A DNA stretch of 63,684 nt, filler included, from Globobulimina sp. (Eukaryota), in the NCBI GenBank assembly GCA_003354225.1. It is 29 parts of 29 records of this genome, joined end to end, with 100 filler letters (N's around TTAATTAATTAA, not from the genome) between each part and the next. Parts side by side here need not be neighbours in the genome. Positions count along the whole stretch, not along the records: positions 35,202 to 37,300 come from PIVH01009005.1; positions 37,401 to 39,499 come from PIVH01009006.1; positions 39,600 to 41,698 come from PIVH01009007.1; positions 41,799 to 43,897 come from PIVH01009008.1; positions 43,998 to 46,096 come from PIVH01009009.1; positions 46,197 to 48,295 come from PIVH01009010.1; positions 48,396 to 50,494 come from PIVH01009011.1; 22 more parts are not named here. One strand, 5' to 3'. Positions 36,314-48,906 of this stretch are shown here, piece by piece. The first letter of the stretch is position 1; each line of letters starts with the position of its first letter. The translations under genes and the position numbers were made by a program. The notes under the pieces were generated by a model. That model was not told the DNA's origin and searched no databases. It saw only the letters and a program-made list of their open reading frames with translations.

Positions 36314-37400
36314 GTACAATTAAAAGCGATATGATGTTATATCGTCAGATGGTTTATTAGAGATAATAAATAATAAAAGAAATGTAGGATTTGGTTGATC
36401 TTCGAGACCGAACAGGTACTTGGTTTGAAGCAAAAGTAATTAAACTGACATATATTGGATTTGATGCATCATATGATACGTTTACAAATATTAGTGATTG
36501 GCAATGGATTGGAAGACATAAATCGATGACAAAACGAATTGTATCTGACACGTCCTTGTATGAAGAATGTGAAAAAAGGAGATATGATCTATGTCAATAA
36601 GGCATATCATCCAAACCATGTGGGAAAATTTGAAAATAAGTGGACAGTTTCTCCAATTGCTAGCACATCAAAATCGGTGATAGTTATTGATGTAAATACG
36701 AGATGCATAAGGATAGCCAAAATGAGTGTGCTTGCTTGCTTGCAATTGAATGATAAATGTGAATATTGTTACAGATATTTATGAATCGAAACAAAATCGA
36801 TCACTCGCTACAAATGTACGTAATTTAGGGTTGACCACACTAACTCTTTCGTCATTTTTTGTGTGTGAAATTATCAAATTTAGTTAGATTTGACAAAGTT
36901 AGAAATTATCAAATTTTCACTTTTTGGAAAAGTTGATCACCAGTTTCTATTTTGTTTGTTATGTGAATTAAAGAATATTTTCGTTAACAGCAGATTTTAT
37001 GAAGTTAAGGTTGACCTGATCTCTGCTCTCTGTTTTAGCAATTCTCCGCATTCATAGTTGCTTTGCTCGTGGAAGAACAGGAGGAATATGCCGTATACAG
37101 CCAACATTCCTGCTTATCATTACCTGCATGGACGTGTACGTCGAATATTATATTAATTCAAATTCATTCAAACCTGTGGTTGGTTGACAGGCCCAGCCGG
37201 TACATTCATGGTCGTACACAGTGTATGCATTCGTCGAAAGGGTGCACTGCTCATCGTACGTGGGAGCGGATGTAGTTGGCACAGGATTTGCGGTTTGCGT
37301 NNNNNNNNNNNNNNNNNNNNNNNNNNNNNNNNNNNNNNNNNNNNTTAATTAATTAANNNNNNNNNNNNNNNNNNNNNNNNNNNNNNNNNNNNNNNNNNNN

Positions 37401-38788
37401 GCATATTGTAAAGAATGTTTATGTGGTCTCCAGACATAAATTATTGCCAAACCAATCATTAAGAAAATCAATCTCCAAATGCCATCCCTTAAAAACCAAA
37501 ATAAACTCCAATATGATGGGTTGGTATAAAGTTGATTCTTTTCAAAATATAAATGCATTGTAATTGCAATTAAACTTATTATCATTGAAATTAATAGAAT
37601 GGCAGCCAATTTCTTATAAATTCCAAGCTTAAATTTTTGTTTTTTTGCATTCAATAAAATAAAAATATTTGCGAGATTTTCTAATATGAACCAATTAAGA
37701 ATACAGTCTAAAAACGCCAGACATATTAACCAACCTTGCTTTGGATGGATCGACGATGCGGATAATTCATGGATTAATACCTCAATCTCCAGCTTTTCAA
37801 ACATACAATAAACGGGGATATAAAACATGGAATAAATAATTAAAAAATAAATAACGTTTTTGTTCAAATTTGGAACAACAATGCCGTAGCCACTCGATAC
37901 TAATACCATAACAATGCGTGAATACAATGATAAAATTAATGAACACAATGCCGCGGACATAACCATGATCGGAGAAGAATTGCCGTATAAATTATAATTT
38001 TTATAATGATAAAAATGAAATATTGTTTCAACACAAACCATATTAATACCAAAATAAATGAACCAATGGATATGTGGTAATAACATTTGGTGATATTTCA
38101 ATGTCCAATATAACCACAACAATGATAATATGCAGTAAATAATACCTAATATTGCTAATATTGGCAATGATATTAAATATTCACCACCTAAATAGCCCAA
38201 TGGATTTATTGTTTTTTGAACTGCGGCAATCTTTAATTCCTCTTCAGCGTTAACCCCAAAACCTGCATTTTTAATGCATAAATGAATGATATTGATCCAA
38301 ACTCCACTTTCTTTCACATGATGTTTTGTTTCAATTTTTAATGTTTTATGATTGCTTGTTTTATCAAAAGAAAATGGTTCAAAATGTACATCGGAATTTC
38401 TTAAACGTGCATTTTGTACATATTTATTATTAATTATTGAGGAATCAAATTGACAAACATTAATAATGTTGATCGATGGCTTTTTATTGCTGATAAATTG
38501 CTGATTAATCTTTGGTGAATATTTTTGATATTCAAAACCGATAAAACCATTTATCGCATTTCCTTTCGTGTTATTTAATTCAATGATTATATCCCAAATT
38601 GGTCTTTCTTTATTGATGTGATGCATTGATGACATTTCCATCAAAGTTTTACCAAAAAATGGTAAATTGTTTAAATAATCTTCAGTGTATAACGTATTTG
38701 ATGCCAGCAATGTTTTAGATGTTTGTGATTTTATTGGTTTGCAGCACAATAAATAACATAATAATGCACGAGAACAAATTGTGTTCAT
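37401..38788 (-). CDS. GOST/LUSTR-family 7TM protein (TMEM87/GPR107-like), 3' partial
   Basis: Luminal domain then NPLGYLGGEY, LVSSGYGIVVPNL, KLGIYKKL, IIYVWRP. Confidence 0.85.
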
Positions 38789-39135
38789 TACTGTTACAGT
38801 TCAGTTGATTTACAATATTCGATACTGAATTACTGAAACGATAAAATAAATATGGTGGAACAGAAACAATTAGATATCAAAAACCGGTGTGATTATGAGT
38901 CTATTTCAAACCATAACACTCATAATCTACAATTAATACTATCATGGAAACATAACTGGGTAGAATTTGATTTACAACTATTTCCTATTCATACCAATCT
39001 TCTTTGCGATGAGAGTGATAAAATTGATATATTTTTATATTCTTCGATTATATATATACTGAGTACTTGCCCGTTTGCCGCTGCATTGAAATACATTAAG
39101 AGTAGGAAGAGTAGCGTAGTTTTCTTTACTTTTAC

Positions 39136-39499
39136 CATGTCAATCGAAGTGGAATACAAAGACGTCGACAAATCGCAAGATGCAGGCACAAATAATGAAA
39201 CGTTAACTCTTCCGCCAGAATGGGATCAAAAAAAAAGCAGTAGTATAGTCCAAATAGTGGAAGTATGTAACATTGTCAATTGTATATAGTATTTGTGTAC
39301 ATGTTTGATTTAATTAATTCAGATTGGGAATTCTCTGAAAGAGTGTATTTATGGTCACAAGCGTTAACATTTATTATTTCAACAGCTTCGGTTTTACTGA
39401 CTGTGATATTAACACAACAGATTGTTCATATCGTGAATCCAGACCATTTAGCATGGTTTAATTTTTATATACGCATCCGAATGTTATTAGATTTCCTGT
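39136..39499 (+). CDS. Membrane protein, 5' fragment (2 exons)
   Basis: MSIEVEYKD... then a likely GT-AG intron and a hydrophobic exon. Confidence 0.35.
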
Positions 39500-39599
39500 N
39501 NNNNNNNNNNNNNNNNNNNNNNNNNNNNNNNNNNNNNNNNNNNTTAATTAATTAANNNNNNNNNNNNNNNNNNNNNNNNNNNNNNNNNNNNNNNNNNNN

Positions 39600-40312
39600 C
39601 ATATTAAGACAGTTGCACCATTTTGTTGATATCCAACCATATTGCTTCAAATTAATAGTACCACAGTGACCCAATGATGAATAAACATGGCCCAAAAATC
39701 ACGTCGTGAATGTTCAAAAAATTGATAAATGGCACGGTGTCCATGATAGCCAATTTGAAAAAAATAATAAATGTTTAAATTAAATATTGGATTATTGCCA
39801 GGTGATTGCGGTATTGGTTGTGCCCACATCCACTTATGGTCCCAGAACCATTTCGCATCGCAAAATATTAAACATAGTCCGTAACAGTACACAAAGCCGA
39901 ATACCAAGACTTTAAATGAGGCCTCCAAATATTTACTGACATGCTTTGAATGTGATGTGCAATGTTTTTGATACGAAATTAATTCTTTTCTATACTGTTC
40001 TGCATCGTGCAACTCATAATGTTTTATTTGTGATAGAAATGTTTTTCCTGCAATTTCTGATAATTTTTTATATGTCAATTTTGAAGAATATTTTGATGAT
40101 TCAATCCATTTTGGTTTATCTATATTTACTTTTTTATTTGCATACCTTGCAGCTTTCGAATTTAATGATTTATCCATTAAGTAATGAACCACTGTAAATA
40201 ATACAACAACAATAAATGCAGGATAAACATCGGAAAATGGATAAACAATTTTTTGCGGTTTAAAATCATTCCATATATGTATTGGTGAATCTTGCCAAAT
40301 GACTGCTGTCAT
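39600..40312 (-). CDS. LAG1: Ceramide synthase (LAG1/TLC domain), 3' partial, with in-frame TGA at 39647-39649
   Basis: YYFFQIGY...RRDFWAMFIHHWVTVVLLI*SNMVGYQQNG Lag1 motif. Confidence 0.85.
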
Positions 40313-40446
40313 GGTACTCGAGTCAGAAGATGATTCCGCGTCAAATAATCGAAACTTTAATTGTGATGAACCAAGCAGCCAAACAAAAATGATAAAAATG
40401 TTTCGAAAATCTTAACTAAGAAGTGAGCCACTGTAAATAGCGAATA

Positions 40447-41698
40447 ATGTTTGGAAGAAAGAAGACAGCACAGCAGATTAGTCGTGAAAGGTCTCGTATT
40501 ATGAGGAAAGAAATGAGACGAGCTGATAGACAAAATCCCAATGAAACTAACTTTGTTTACAAAGGCACAGAATTAATTGAACAAGCAGTGCGAAAAGATA
40601 ACGATGAAGAATATGAATCAGCGTTGTCATTATACTCACAGGCAATACAATATCTTATGGCGGGATTAAAATATGAAACAGACCAATATGTTGTAAACAA
40701 AATAAAACAGAAAGTGCAAAAATATCTAAACAGGCAGAAAACATTAAAAGTGTATTAAGTGGATCAGAACCTGCAAAAAAGGTAACTTAATATTTAAAAC
40801 TTATGTGACTTATGTTGTGTGTATATGTTTAAATATAATATAATATAAATAGAGCCGAAATTACGCATATCATGATTCAGATTCTGGTTCTGGTTCTGGT
40901 TCAGACTCAGATGGACTTGAAAGTCTCCTGGATGAGCTTGGTTTAGATTCAACTGAAAAAATGGTAGACCATCCAATGCAAAAGAAACAATTCAAACAAA
41001 CGGTATGTAGAATATTCTAAATCATTGAACGTGTACAACAATTCATAGTTAAAATATTTAGTTTGTGGAGAATGAAAATTTAAGGGAGGCTGATAATGAC
41101 GACATAAAAATTGACCAACGAAATCCAGAACATTTGAAAAAAAGAATATTTGCACTTTCACATTCACCGTTGGTGCTTAATGTAAATAGAAACGCCCATT
41201 CAAGTTTTTTATCAGCCAAAGCAAGCGGACTCTTGAAACAAGCTCAAGAAAAAGAAACGGCTTCCTTTTATGACGACGCATTACATTTATACACCAAAGG
41301 ACTTTATTATGTGGTTGCAGCGTTACAGAATGAAACAAATAAAACTTTAGCAAATTCGTTAACTGATCAAATCCTACGATATTTACAAAGAGCTGAGAAT
41401 ATTAAAAAATTTAATGGGAGAGAAAATTTTGTTGTTAAAGGAACAGAGATTATTAAAGAAGCAGTCTACAAAGATAATGAAGAATATTATGACTCGGCTT
41501 TGGCTTTATATTGTAAAGGAACTGATTATCTTTTAAAAGGACTTGAATATGAAAGAAATGAAAATGTGCGGAATGCGATAAAAGAAAAAGTGAGAAAATA
41601 TTCAAAAAGAGCACAAGACATTAAAGTATTAATTGTTTATCTCAATAAAGAAGCAAACTACAACGTAAACTACAATAATGTACATGTACATGCACAGA
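40447..41698 (+). CDS. Multi-MIT-domain protein (at least 3 MIT domains; introns and one apparent frameshift)
   Basis: Repeated AV..D....Y..AL.LY......L..LKYE....I..KV.KY..RAE.IK pattern. Confidence 0.8.
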
Positions 41699-41798
41699 NN
41701 NNNNNNNNNNNNNNNNNNNNNNNNNNNNNNNNNNNNNNNNNNTTAATTAATTAANNNNNNNNNNNNNNNNNNNNNNNNNNNNNNNNNNNNNNNNNNNN

Positions 41799-43413
41799 AT
41801 TTATCTTTCGCCACAAAACTATAACTAGTCACAGTTTCAATATTACTGTCTTTCACATTCACAGCAAACGGCAAACAGTCATACATATTACTTCCCTGTC
41901 CATCGTAGTTTGTAAATATATTAAATGCATTTGCGAGCGCAGTATTCACCGAGGGTTTGCTCCATCGAGTTGCAGCATACACGCCTCAGAATGAGCAATC
42001 ACTGACGTTATGCAATCATCGCCGCCAAAGTTATATTCCGAGATCGATAATTTTGTATTTGGATAAAAGGAATTGATTAACTGTTTGTACCTTGGTATTA
42101 ATGCAATTTGCGTGTTAATCCATGAAGGATCAGTATAGCCATAGTCATACAATGAACGTGGTGCTTGCAACCGATTTTCAACGTCTTGGGCATTGTTCTC
42201 ATCACATTGATAGGAGGTACCACTGGCCTGTGGGTAATAATGCACATCCATAATATCTAAGATTCGCTCACTATTTGCTTTGTCATAAGCTGCTAATTGC
42301 TGCAAGTAATACACATTCAGCGGCACATTATTTTTTGCTATATAATCAGGACCACCACCGGTACAAAAACCTGCGTCATTATCAGCTCCATCCTCTATTT
42401 ATATATTCATAGTTTCATGCACAAATATATTAATACACACCTACACAAGTAGATATATACCGAAATATCCGCACCATCCCCAAGGTGAGTAGCCAGCAAC
42501 TAAGCATTTATGATCGCATGCTTTTTTTATAGCTGCACCATATACCAACGTATCATGTATAATTTCATCATATGTGCTTCCTTGCGGATGGACATCTCTA
42601 TGTGTACGAGACCATAATGTTGGTTCATTGTCTACTGAAAATATTACAGCACTGTCGGGAAAACTGGCCATCACTGCATTTACAAATGCCGCTGCATCAG
42701 CGGGACTGGTCGGTATTGACGCATCGTTAGGATCATTGCGCACTACATTGGATCCATTCACCCATACACCATTTCCTGCGTCTTTTGCACACCAGGTACA
42801 ATCTGGCGGTTGGTTAGTGCTGCAATGAGGAGTAATATATATTTATTAACAGTATATTTTACAGAGTGATACGTAGTACGTACCATTCGTTAGCTTTCTG
42901 ATCACCATATTTGGGAACACTAAATGACCAAGATTTGACTGCGGTGCCTGAAATCCAACCCATTGCTGGAATCTATTTTTCTGTTTTGATATTTATGCAT
43001 TTTGCTCTGTGGGCAAGAGACCTGAGTCCAAAATGATAGTCCATTTGTTTTTGCTTGTTCGTAATGTTGTTGCCAGGTGAAATCCGCTGCCTGCGTAATA
43101 TAATAATAATCATCAGCAGAGTTTTGTGCATTGATACTATAATTAAATCGGGTGATGGTATTACCACCCAATCGGCCAAGGGTATAATTACCAGCATAAG
43201 CATTGTTCTCACCACTGTATTTATTTATAATTTGTATTAAATATAATTTTGTTTGAAAATTGTAACATACTATGACTGATACATATTCATTCCAAATATG
43301 TATTTAGATACTTCTGCGTTGGTAACATTGGATAAATCGATTGTTGCAGTGTATGAAGCACCATTCGTTGCTGTGAATAGCAAAAATGCAACCACTGTGA
43401 GAGTGTATAACAT
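41799..43413 (-). CDS. Secreted glycoside hydrolase family 44 endoglucanase/xyloglucanase, multi-intron, 3' partial
   Basis: Signal peptide; RLGGNTITRFNY, DNEPTLWSRTHRDVHP (acid/base), WGWCGY, LDIMDVHYYPQ, ISEYNFGG (nucleophile), AATRW. Confidence 0.9.
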
Positions 43414-43514
43414 GCTGAGGATGGATTATTGTGTGATTTTCGGAGTTTGGTGAAGTTTTTGTGTTAAAAGAAATTTGTTTCGACTCAGATTGAGTTTGAT
43501 AAAAATAGATATTA

Positions 43515-43897
43515 TTAGTTCAACTCGTAAAGTCTTTTTAATGTATTTCCTCCTGGAATAATATCTGCAATGGCATCTGTGGCAATGTCTGCTAAAGAAT
43601 CCTTGTTTTTTTTCATAAACTCTTGCATCATTTTCGCTAATCTTTCAAATTGTTGTCTTAATTGATTTAACTGAGATTCAAATTGTTGTCTTAATGTTTC
43701 AAATTGTTGTCCAATTTTAGTTTGAAAACCTTTTAAATTCGATACATCATCTGATAATGCTTTTAAATCTGATAATGCTTTTAAATTTGATAATGCTTTT
43801 TCCAATTTTTGTTGTCGTTTATATACATTATACAACATGAAGGTACCGACAATGATTGCGGCACAAACTAATCGTTTCCACCATTTTTCTCTGTCAT
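43515..43897 (-). CDS. Small membrane-anchored coiled-coil protein
   Basis: Hydrophobic N-terminal segment then KALSDL and LRQQFE repeats. Confidence 0.5.
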
Positions 43898-44703
43898 NNN
43901 NNNNNNNNNNNNNNNNNNNNNNNNNNNNNNNNNNNNNNNNNTTAATTAATTAANNNNNNNNNNNNNNNNNNNNNNNNNNNNNNNNNNNNNNNNNNNNCCG
44001 ATTCCTCTCACAACCAAAGTAAAAGAACTAACTGGTAATGACGAGAGAACGCGTATTGTTGCCATTGCCAATAACAAAAAATCATTCCAGATGCAGTATC
44101 CATACATTTTTCTGACAGAAAAAGGTTCATCAGGTTTGATTAAATCAATCATTAAATGGTTAATTTCGTCTTTTGTTTGTGCAGTATTGATCATAGCATT
44201 ATATCCAATATTGCTCCCAGTATATGTTATCATTATTGTCCAATGGCAATATTCTACAATTAAACACAGGAAAGCACTCGATTACGAATACAATGGCTGT
44301 ATGCGAGTGTTTATGAATGTTGTATTCTCGCTTGGAATATATTCGCTGTTAACTTTAAATGCGTTAATATTAGGCCCTCTGTTGTATTTCGCCTCGCTTA
44401 CAACATCCAAAACATTTTCATTTGTTCCAAGCATTCTATTTTTTATGTTTCGCAAATCTGTTTTGTTAAGATTGGCCAAATGGCACTCGCATCATTATCC
44501 AAATAAATCTTTATTCCCGCAGTGGTTTTTGTATTATTTCATTCAAAAAGGATTGCGATTGCATCATATTCTAATTTAGTAAGTACTCTCTTCTTCACTC
44601 CACAGACCAATATTAAAACTCCTTTATTACATATTTTTTTTTCACTTGCAAAAACATATTTGTTTTGTATTTATTTTGAACAATGTGTGCGTTCTAATTA
44701 GTT

Positions 44704-45050
44704 GGTGCGGGTTATACTTATTTCGTGTGCGGGCGGTGTGCGTTTTCTATTTTATTCGTGTGCGGGTTATACTTATTTTGTGTGCGGGTTATACTTATTT
44801 TGTGTGCGGGACACTAATTTTTGGTGTGCGATACACTTTTTTCTTGTGTGTGCGCGTTATATTTTTATCAGTAAATTGTTTCTTTCTTATTATAGCTTTG
44901 TTTTTTGCAATTTGATTCATGCAAAAAATATAACCGCACACCGCCCGCACCCGAAATAAGTATAACCCGCACCACACGAAATATATACACCACACCAAAC
45001 AAACGAATGTTCCCGGACACGAATGTTCCCGGACACGAATGTTCCCCGCA
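44704..45050. repeat. Foldback-like repeat: 39-bp inverted arms plus internal ~22-bp and flanking 16-bp tandem repeats
   Basis: GGTGCGGGTTATACTTATTTCG(T/G)GTGCGGGCGGTGTGCG at 44704-44742, inverted at 44935-44973; GAATGTTCCCGGACAC repeated from about 45005. Confidence 0.8.
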
Positions 45051-45399
45051 CATCCAAAAAATAGATAAAACAAACCATCCAAATTCGTCCCTCACCCATC
45101 GAAAGAACAACTCGCACCATGCAAATGAACAACGCACACAAAGATTTCTTGCAAGTGAAAAAAATATATGTAATAATAGATGTAATGTCATATATTTTAC
45201 CTCCCGACAGTAAGGATATGCGAAATACAGTGCCATCAGCATCTGCACCGCTGCCTTGATCCCACCATATTACACTGGAAGCTCCAAATGATGATTTAAC
45301 ATAGTCATTGCGGACACATTTGTACCCGCACCAACTTCCAAGCTGTTTCTGTCCATTCCAATGTCCATTGCAAGTACCCGCTATTTAATATGTACGTTG

Positions 45400-46036
45400 C
45401 ATGATATATATATGATAAGTTAACAGAACATATAACAGACCAAAAAAAGATGAAAAAACGTAGTCTCCGACACATGTATAGCCACTTTGTGGTACGGGTT
45501 GACAAAAACTGACATCATAGTCTCCTCCAGAACCGATGTCAGACCATTTCCAAACGCAACCTTGTGGATCAGCTACAATTATATAAATTGTTGTGTTTAT
45601 CTCTATTGTTGTATATTATGTAATTAATACCTAATACTCCAGCTGGCGCGGAGTAGATAACTACAGATGTTTCCTGAAAACATGTACAATAAATCCAAAT
45701 ATTAAATAAAAATTGATAAAATTAAATATCCAAACTGATGGGGCATTATAGGTTTGCATCGTAACCACTGATATAAAATATTCACCAACGCCGAGAGCAG
45801 GTCGCCAGATTGAACCATACAAATCCGCGCCACTACCACTGTCATCCCACATTTTATTGTAAGAAGCTGTTGTCCGATAAAGTAGTTCTGTATATGGTTA
45901 GGTGATGACAATGTCGACCCGCCAGAATTAGATATTTATTTCAGAAGAGTACGTTGCAGATTGGCAGCAGGTTCATTCACTTGAACAACAACGTAAATCA
46001 ATAAGACGCAATATTTCCATCGTATAGGCCTCATGG
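45400..46036 (-). pseudogene. Vps62/DUF946-like repeat protein, multi-exon, apparently frameshifted
   Basis: MWDDSGSGADLYGSIWRP and WSDIGSGGDYDVSFCQP repeats in different frames; signal-like N-terminus. Confidence 0.55.
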
Positions 46037-46196
46037 TTGAAATGAGAATAAAAGATTGCGAAACTGTTTTTACTTCAAAAACTTTTGTCGATCAAGNNNN
46101 NNNNNNNNNNNNNNNNNNNNNNNNNNNNNNNNNNNNNNNNTTAATTAATTAANNNNNNNNNNNNNNNNNNNNNNNNNNNNNNNNNNNNNNNNNNNN

Positions 46197-46476
46197 ATTT
46201 TTGAATAAGATTGACATTTTTGTAAATAAAATAAAATGTGGTAAAACTATTAATATTTGCTTTAATAATTATAATGACGACGACGATGTGGATAAAAATA
46301 TTGATGAGTCAATTAAATATATTGCAAAACGATTCAGTTTGGTAAATAAAGGGAATAATAAGTTATACACACACGTTACCTGTGCGATTGAGGAGAAATT
46401 TATGAACAAAGTGGTTGACGACACATTTCATATTATTATCAATTACACCATGCGTAATAATAATGCAATGCACTAA
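46197..46476 (+). CDS. Heterotrimeric G-protein alpha subunit, C-terminal fragment
   Basis: FLNKIDIF (G4) and LYTHVTCAI (G5). Confidence 0.88.
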
Positions 46477-46636
46477 TGTTATGTAGAAATATTATTTTTG
46501 TTATTTTTTTCAATCCTTTTTTTTTCTAACGTGATCCGATTAGTTCTAAATATCGGTTAAATGATAATCATGAGACGTCGACAAAGCCATTCTGATATTT
46601 AGACAAATTTTTTAAGTCAAGTCAAGTGTACAAAGC

Positions 46637-48118
46637 ATGGCACACGAAACGTCTCAAGCTCCACAAACCAAACCAAGCATCACAAGTCTCGCTCCAATCC
46701 TGAGCAAAAGTTGCACAAATCCGGTAGACGACGCCCACAACGCAGACAGTGATAGCAAGCTACTCAGAAGTAAAAGTGTGACACCTCCCCCACAACCCAT
46801 TGAACCAAAATTTAAACTGCGCCACAAATCAACATTATCACCGGCGACCGCAAGATATCTCGACCAACATTCCCTATCCTTCCCAGACATCGATTTGAAT
46901 GATACTGATTGTTACAGTTTAAGTGAGAAAAAAAAGAAAAAAAGAAAAAAACACTCGCAAAAATGGAAACGAACCATATCTTCGGACAACTTATTAAACA
47001 CTGCCCGAAGTATAAGTAGTTATAAATCGCGCGCAATGACCAAAATAAAAAACAAATCCAATGCTGAAATGTATACAGATTCGGAGCTCGCAAAACAATG
47101 CAAACAGAATTTGGAATCATTCAATACAATGAATAATATCTTAAATGCATCGCAGAAATTACATGCAGTGCAACTGAAACATCTTAATTCTATGAAAGAA
47201 TTCTCACATTCCATACATGCGACCATTGATTTAGGTAAAAACCGTGGAGCTGCCAACACGCATTACTTTGGACAATATGTTAAGATGATGGCGTCGACAA
47301 TGCATTGCATCCACCAACTTTATATGGAATATACTTCTTCTTTCAATGCGTATATGATTGAGCCGTTTGAGGAGCTAAAGAGCGACGAAAGTGGCGCTCT
47401 GCAACGATGTAAGAACTGTCGCTACGAATATAGCAAAATAAAGCATGCCTTTAATAGCAATGCAAGCAGCAAAAATAAATTAGAATTGGAAGAGATTGAA
47501 CACAAATTCGCCACAGAAACGGATAAATTAATAAAGCACAGAGAAGAAGCTTTGGTTTTTAATATGAAGCATTTTGAAGAAAGTTTGTGTGAATTTGCTG
47601 AAAAACAGGCAGAGTTTATTAAGGATAAACGTGTTATCAATGGATATGATGAAATGAAAGAAAATAAAAGCAAAATTTTTTTAAATTTTGTCAGTATTAA
47701 TACAGATGAAGAATTTGGCGAATATCTGGAGAAAAATGCTAAAAAACAAGAGGATAATAATGGAGTGGCAATGGATTATGCAATTTATTTGTTTCACCGA
47801 GATAAATTCCCGCCGTCTATGAGTTTTTTGGTGGATATATTTGCACCGTTAGCAGGTAAATATAATGAGAATGAAAAGATGGAATTTATTCGTATTGATT
47901 ACAAATGTTCGGCAATTTTGGAGAAATACAATGTGAGCTCATTCCCAACGTGTTTGGTGTTTATTAATGGTAAGATATCAAACCAATATAAACCGATTGT
48001 CGGTAATGGACGGAATCAAGGCGATGAATTGCAATTTATTGTGGATAAAATATCTCAGAAAATAAGTGGACCAAACACTGGAACCAGACGGATGGCCGTT
48101 GATCGGCAAATGTTATGA
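46637..48118 (+). CDS. BAR-like helical domain plus C-terminal thioredoxin-fold domain lacking CxxC
   Basis: Helical region FSHSI...FNAYMIEPFEEL...RYEY; C-terminal FIRIDY....LEKYNVSSFPTCLVFING. Confidence 0.6.
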   Translation: MAHETSQAPQTKPSITSLAPILSKSCTNPVDDAHNADSDSKLLRSKSVTPPPQPIEPKFKLRHKSTLSPATARYLDQHSLSFPDIDLNDTDCYSLSEKKKKKRKKHSQKWKRTISSDNLLNTARSISSYKSRAMTKIKNKSNAEMYTDSELAKQCKQNLESFNTMNNILNASQKLHAVQLKHLNSMKEFSHSIHATIDLGKNRGAANTHYFGQYVKMMASTMHCIHQLYMEYTSSFNAYMIEPFEELKSDESGALQRCKNCRYEYSKIKHAFNSNASSKNKLELEEIEHKFATETDKLIKHREEALVFNMKHFEESLCEFAEKQAEFIKDKRVINGYDEMKENKSKIFLNFVSINTDEEFGEYLEKNAKKQEDNNGVAMDYAIYLFHRDKFPPSMSFLVDIFAPLAGKYNENEKMEFIRIDYKCSAILEKYNVSSFPTCLVFINGKISNQYKPIVGNGRNQGDELQFIVDKISQKISGPNTGTRRMAVDRQML

Positions 48119-48906
48119 TACACATATTTCTTTATTTTTATTGTGCTTAATTTCTTCTTTTGTATAGCAAGATTTTTGTGTGACTTTTTCTTTTTTTTTT
48201 GTTCGATTTTTTTGTATTGTTATTGCAAAATGGGGAGTTACAGAAAAGATATAAATTATAATAATCCTTGCACAGCACACAGTATTTTATAATTANNNNN
48301 NNNNNNNNNNNNNNNNNNNNNNNNNNNNNNNNNNNNNNNTTAATTAATTAANNNNNNNNNNNNNNNNNNNNNNNNNNNNNNNNNNNNNNNNNNNNACAAA
48401 AACAAAAATGCGAATGTGGTGGAAATGTATCGTCAGATTCGCGAACATTGGTAGATGCGATATTAAATACACAACATGTAATGGATGAATATCATAACGA
48501 TGTGTTTAAAATATTATCATCAGCTCACATTTCAAAAGAAATTATAAGTGAAATTTTTCAATTTATTGATGGTACTGCAAAGAATAGTAAATTGGACATT
48601 TATTTTATTATTACAATAGCGGGTCATAGATTTTATTCACATAAAGATTGTCAATTTGTAACTACAGCAAATAAGTATTATTCACTCATTCGAAATACAA
48701 AACAAAATAAAAATGATTCGACAGAATTTCATATTTCTGGTTGTGGGTAAGTGCGCCGCTGGAAATTTCTAAATATTCATCTTGTAGCTAAACTCAGCTA
48801 TTTGCTCAGATGATGAGTGATAAATGACATTACGCAATGTTATGCTCTTTAAAAATTATGTTTCCTTTTAAAGTTGCCATGATAGCGCTTATCTAACTAC
48901 AAAAAA

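Noticed and set aside
44646-45248. Several overlapping ORFs on both strands
   Set aside because: By-products of the inverted and tandem repeat; no protein-like signal
48750-48850. SECIS or snoRNA from small hairpins and an ATGATGA after a GCG-ending ORF
   Set aside because: No in-frame TGA, no matching D box, and GTAAGT suggests a splice donor
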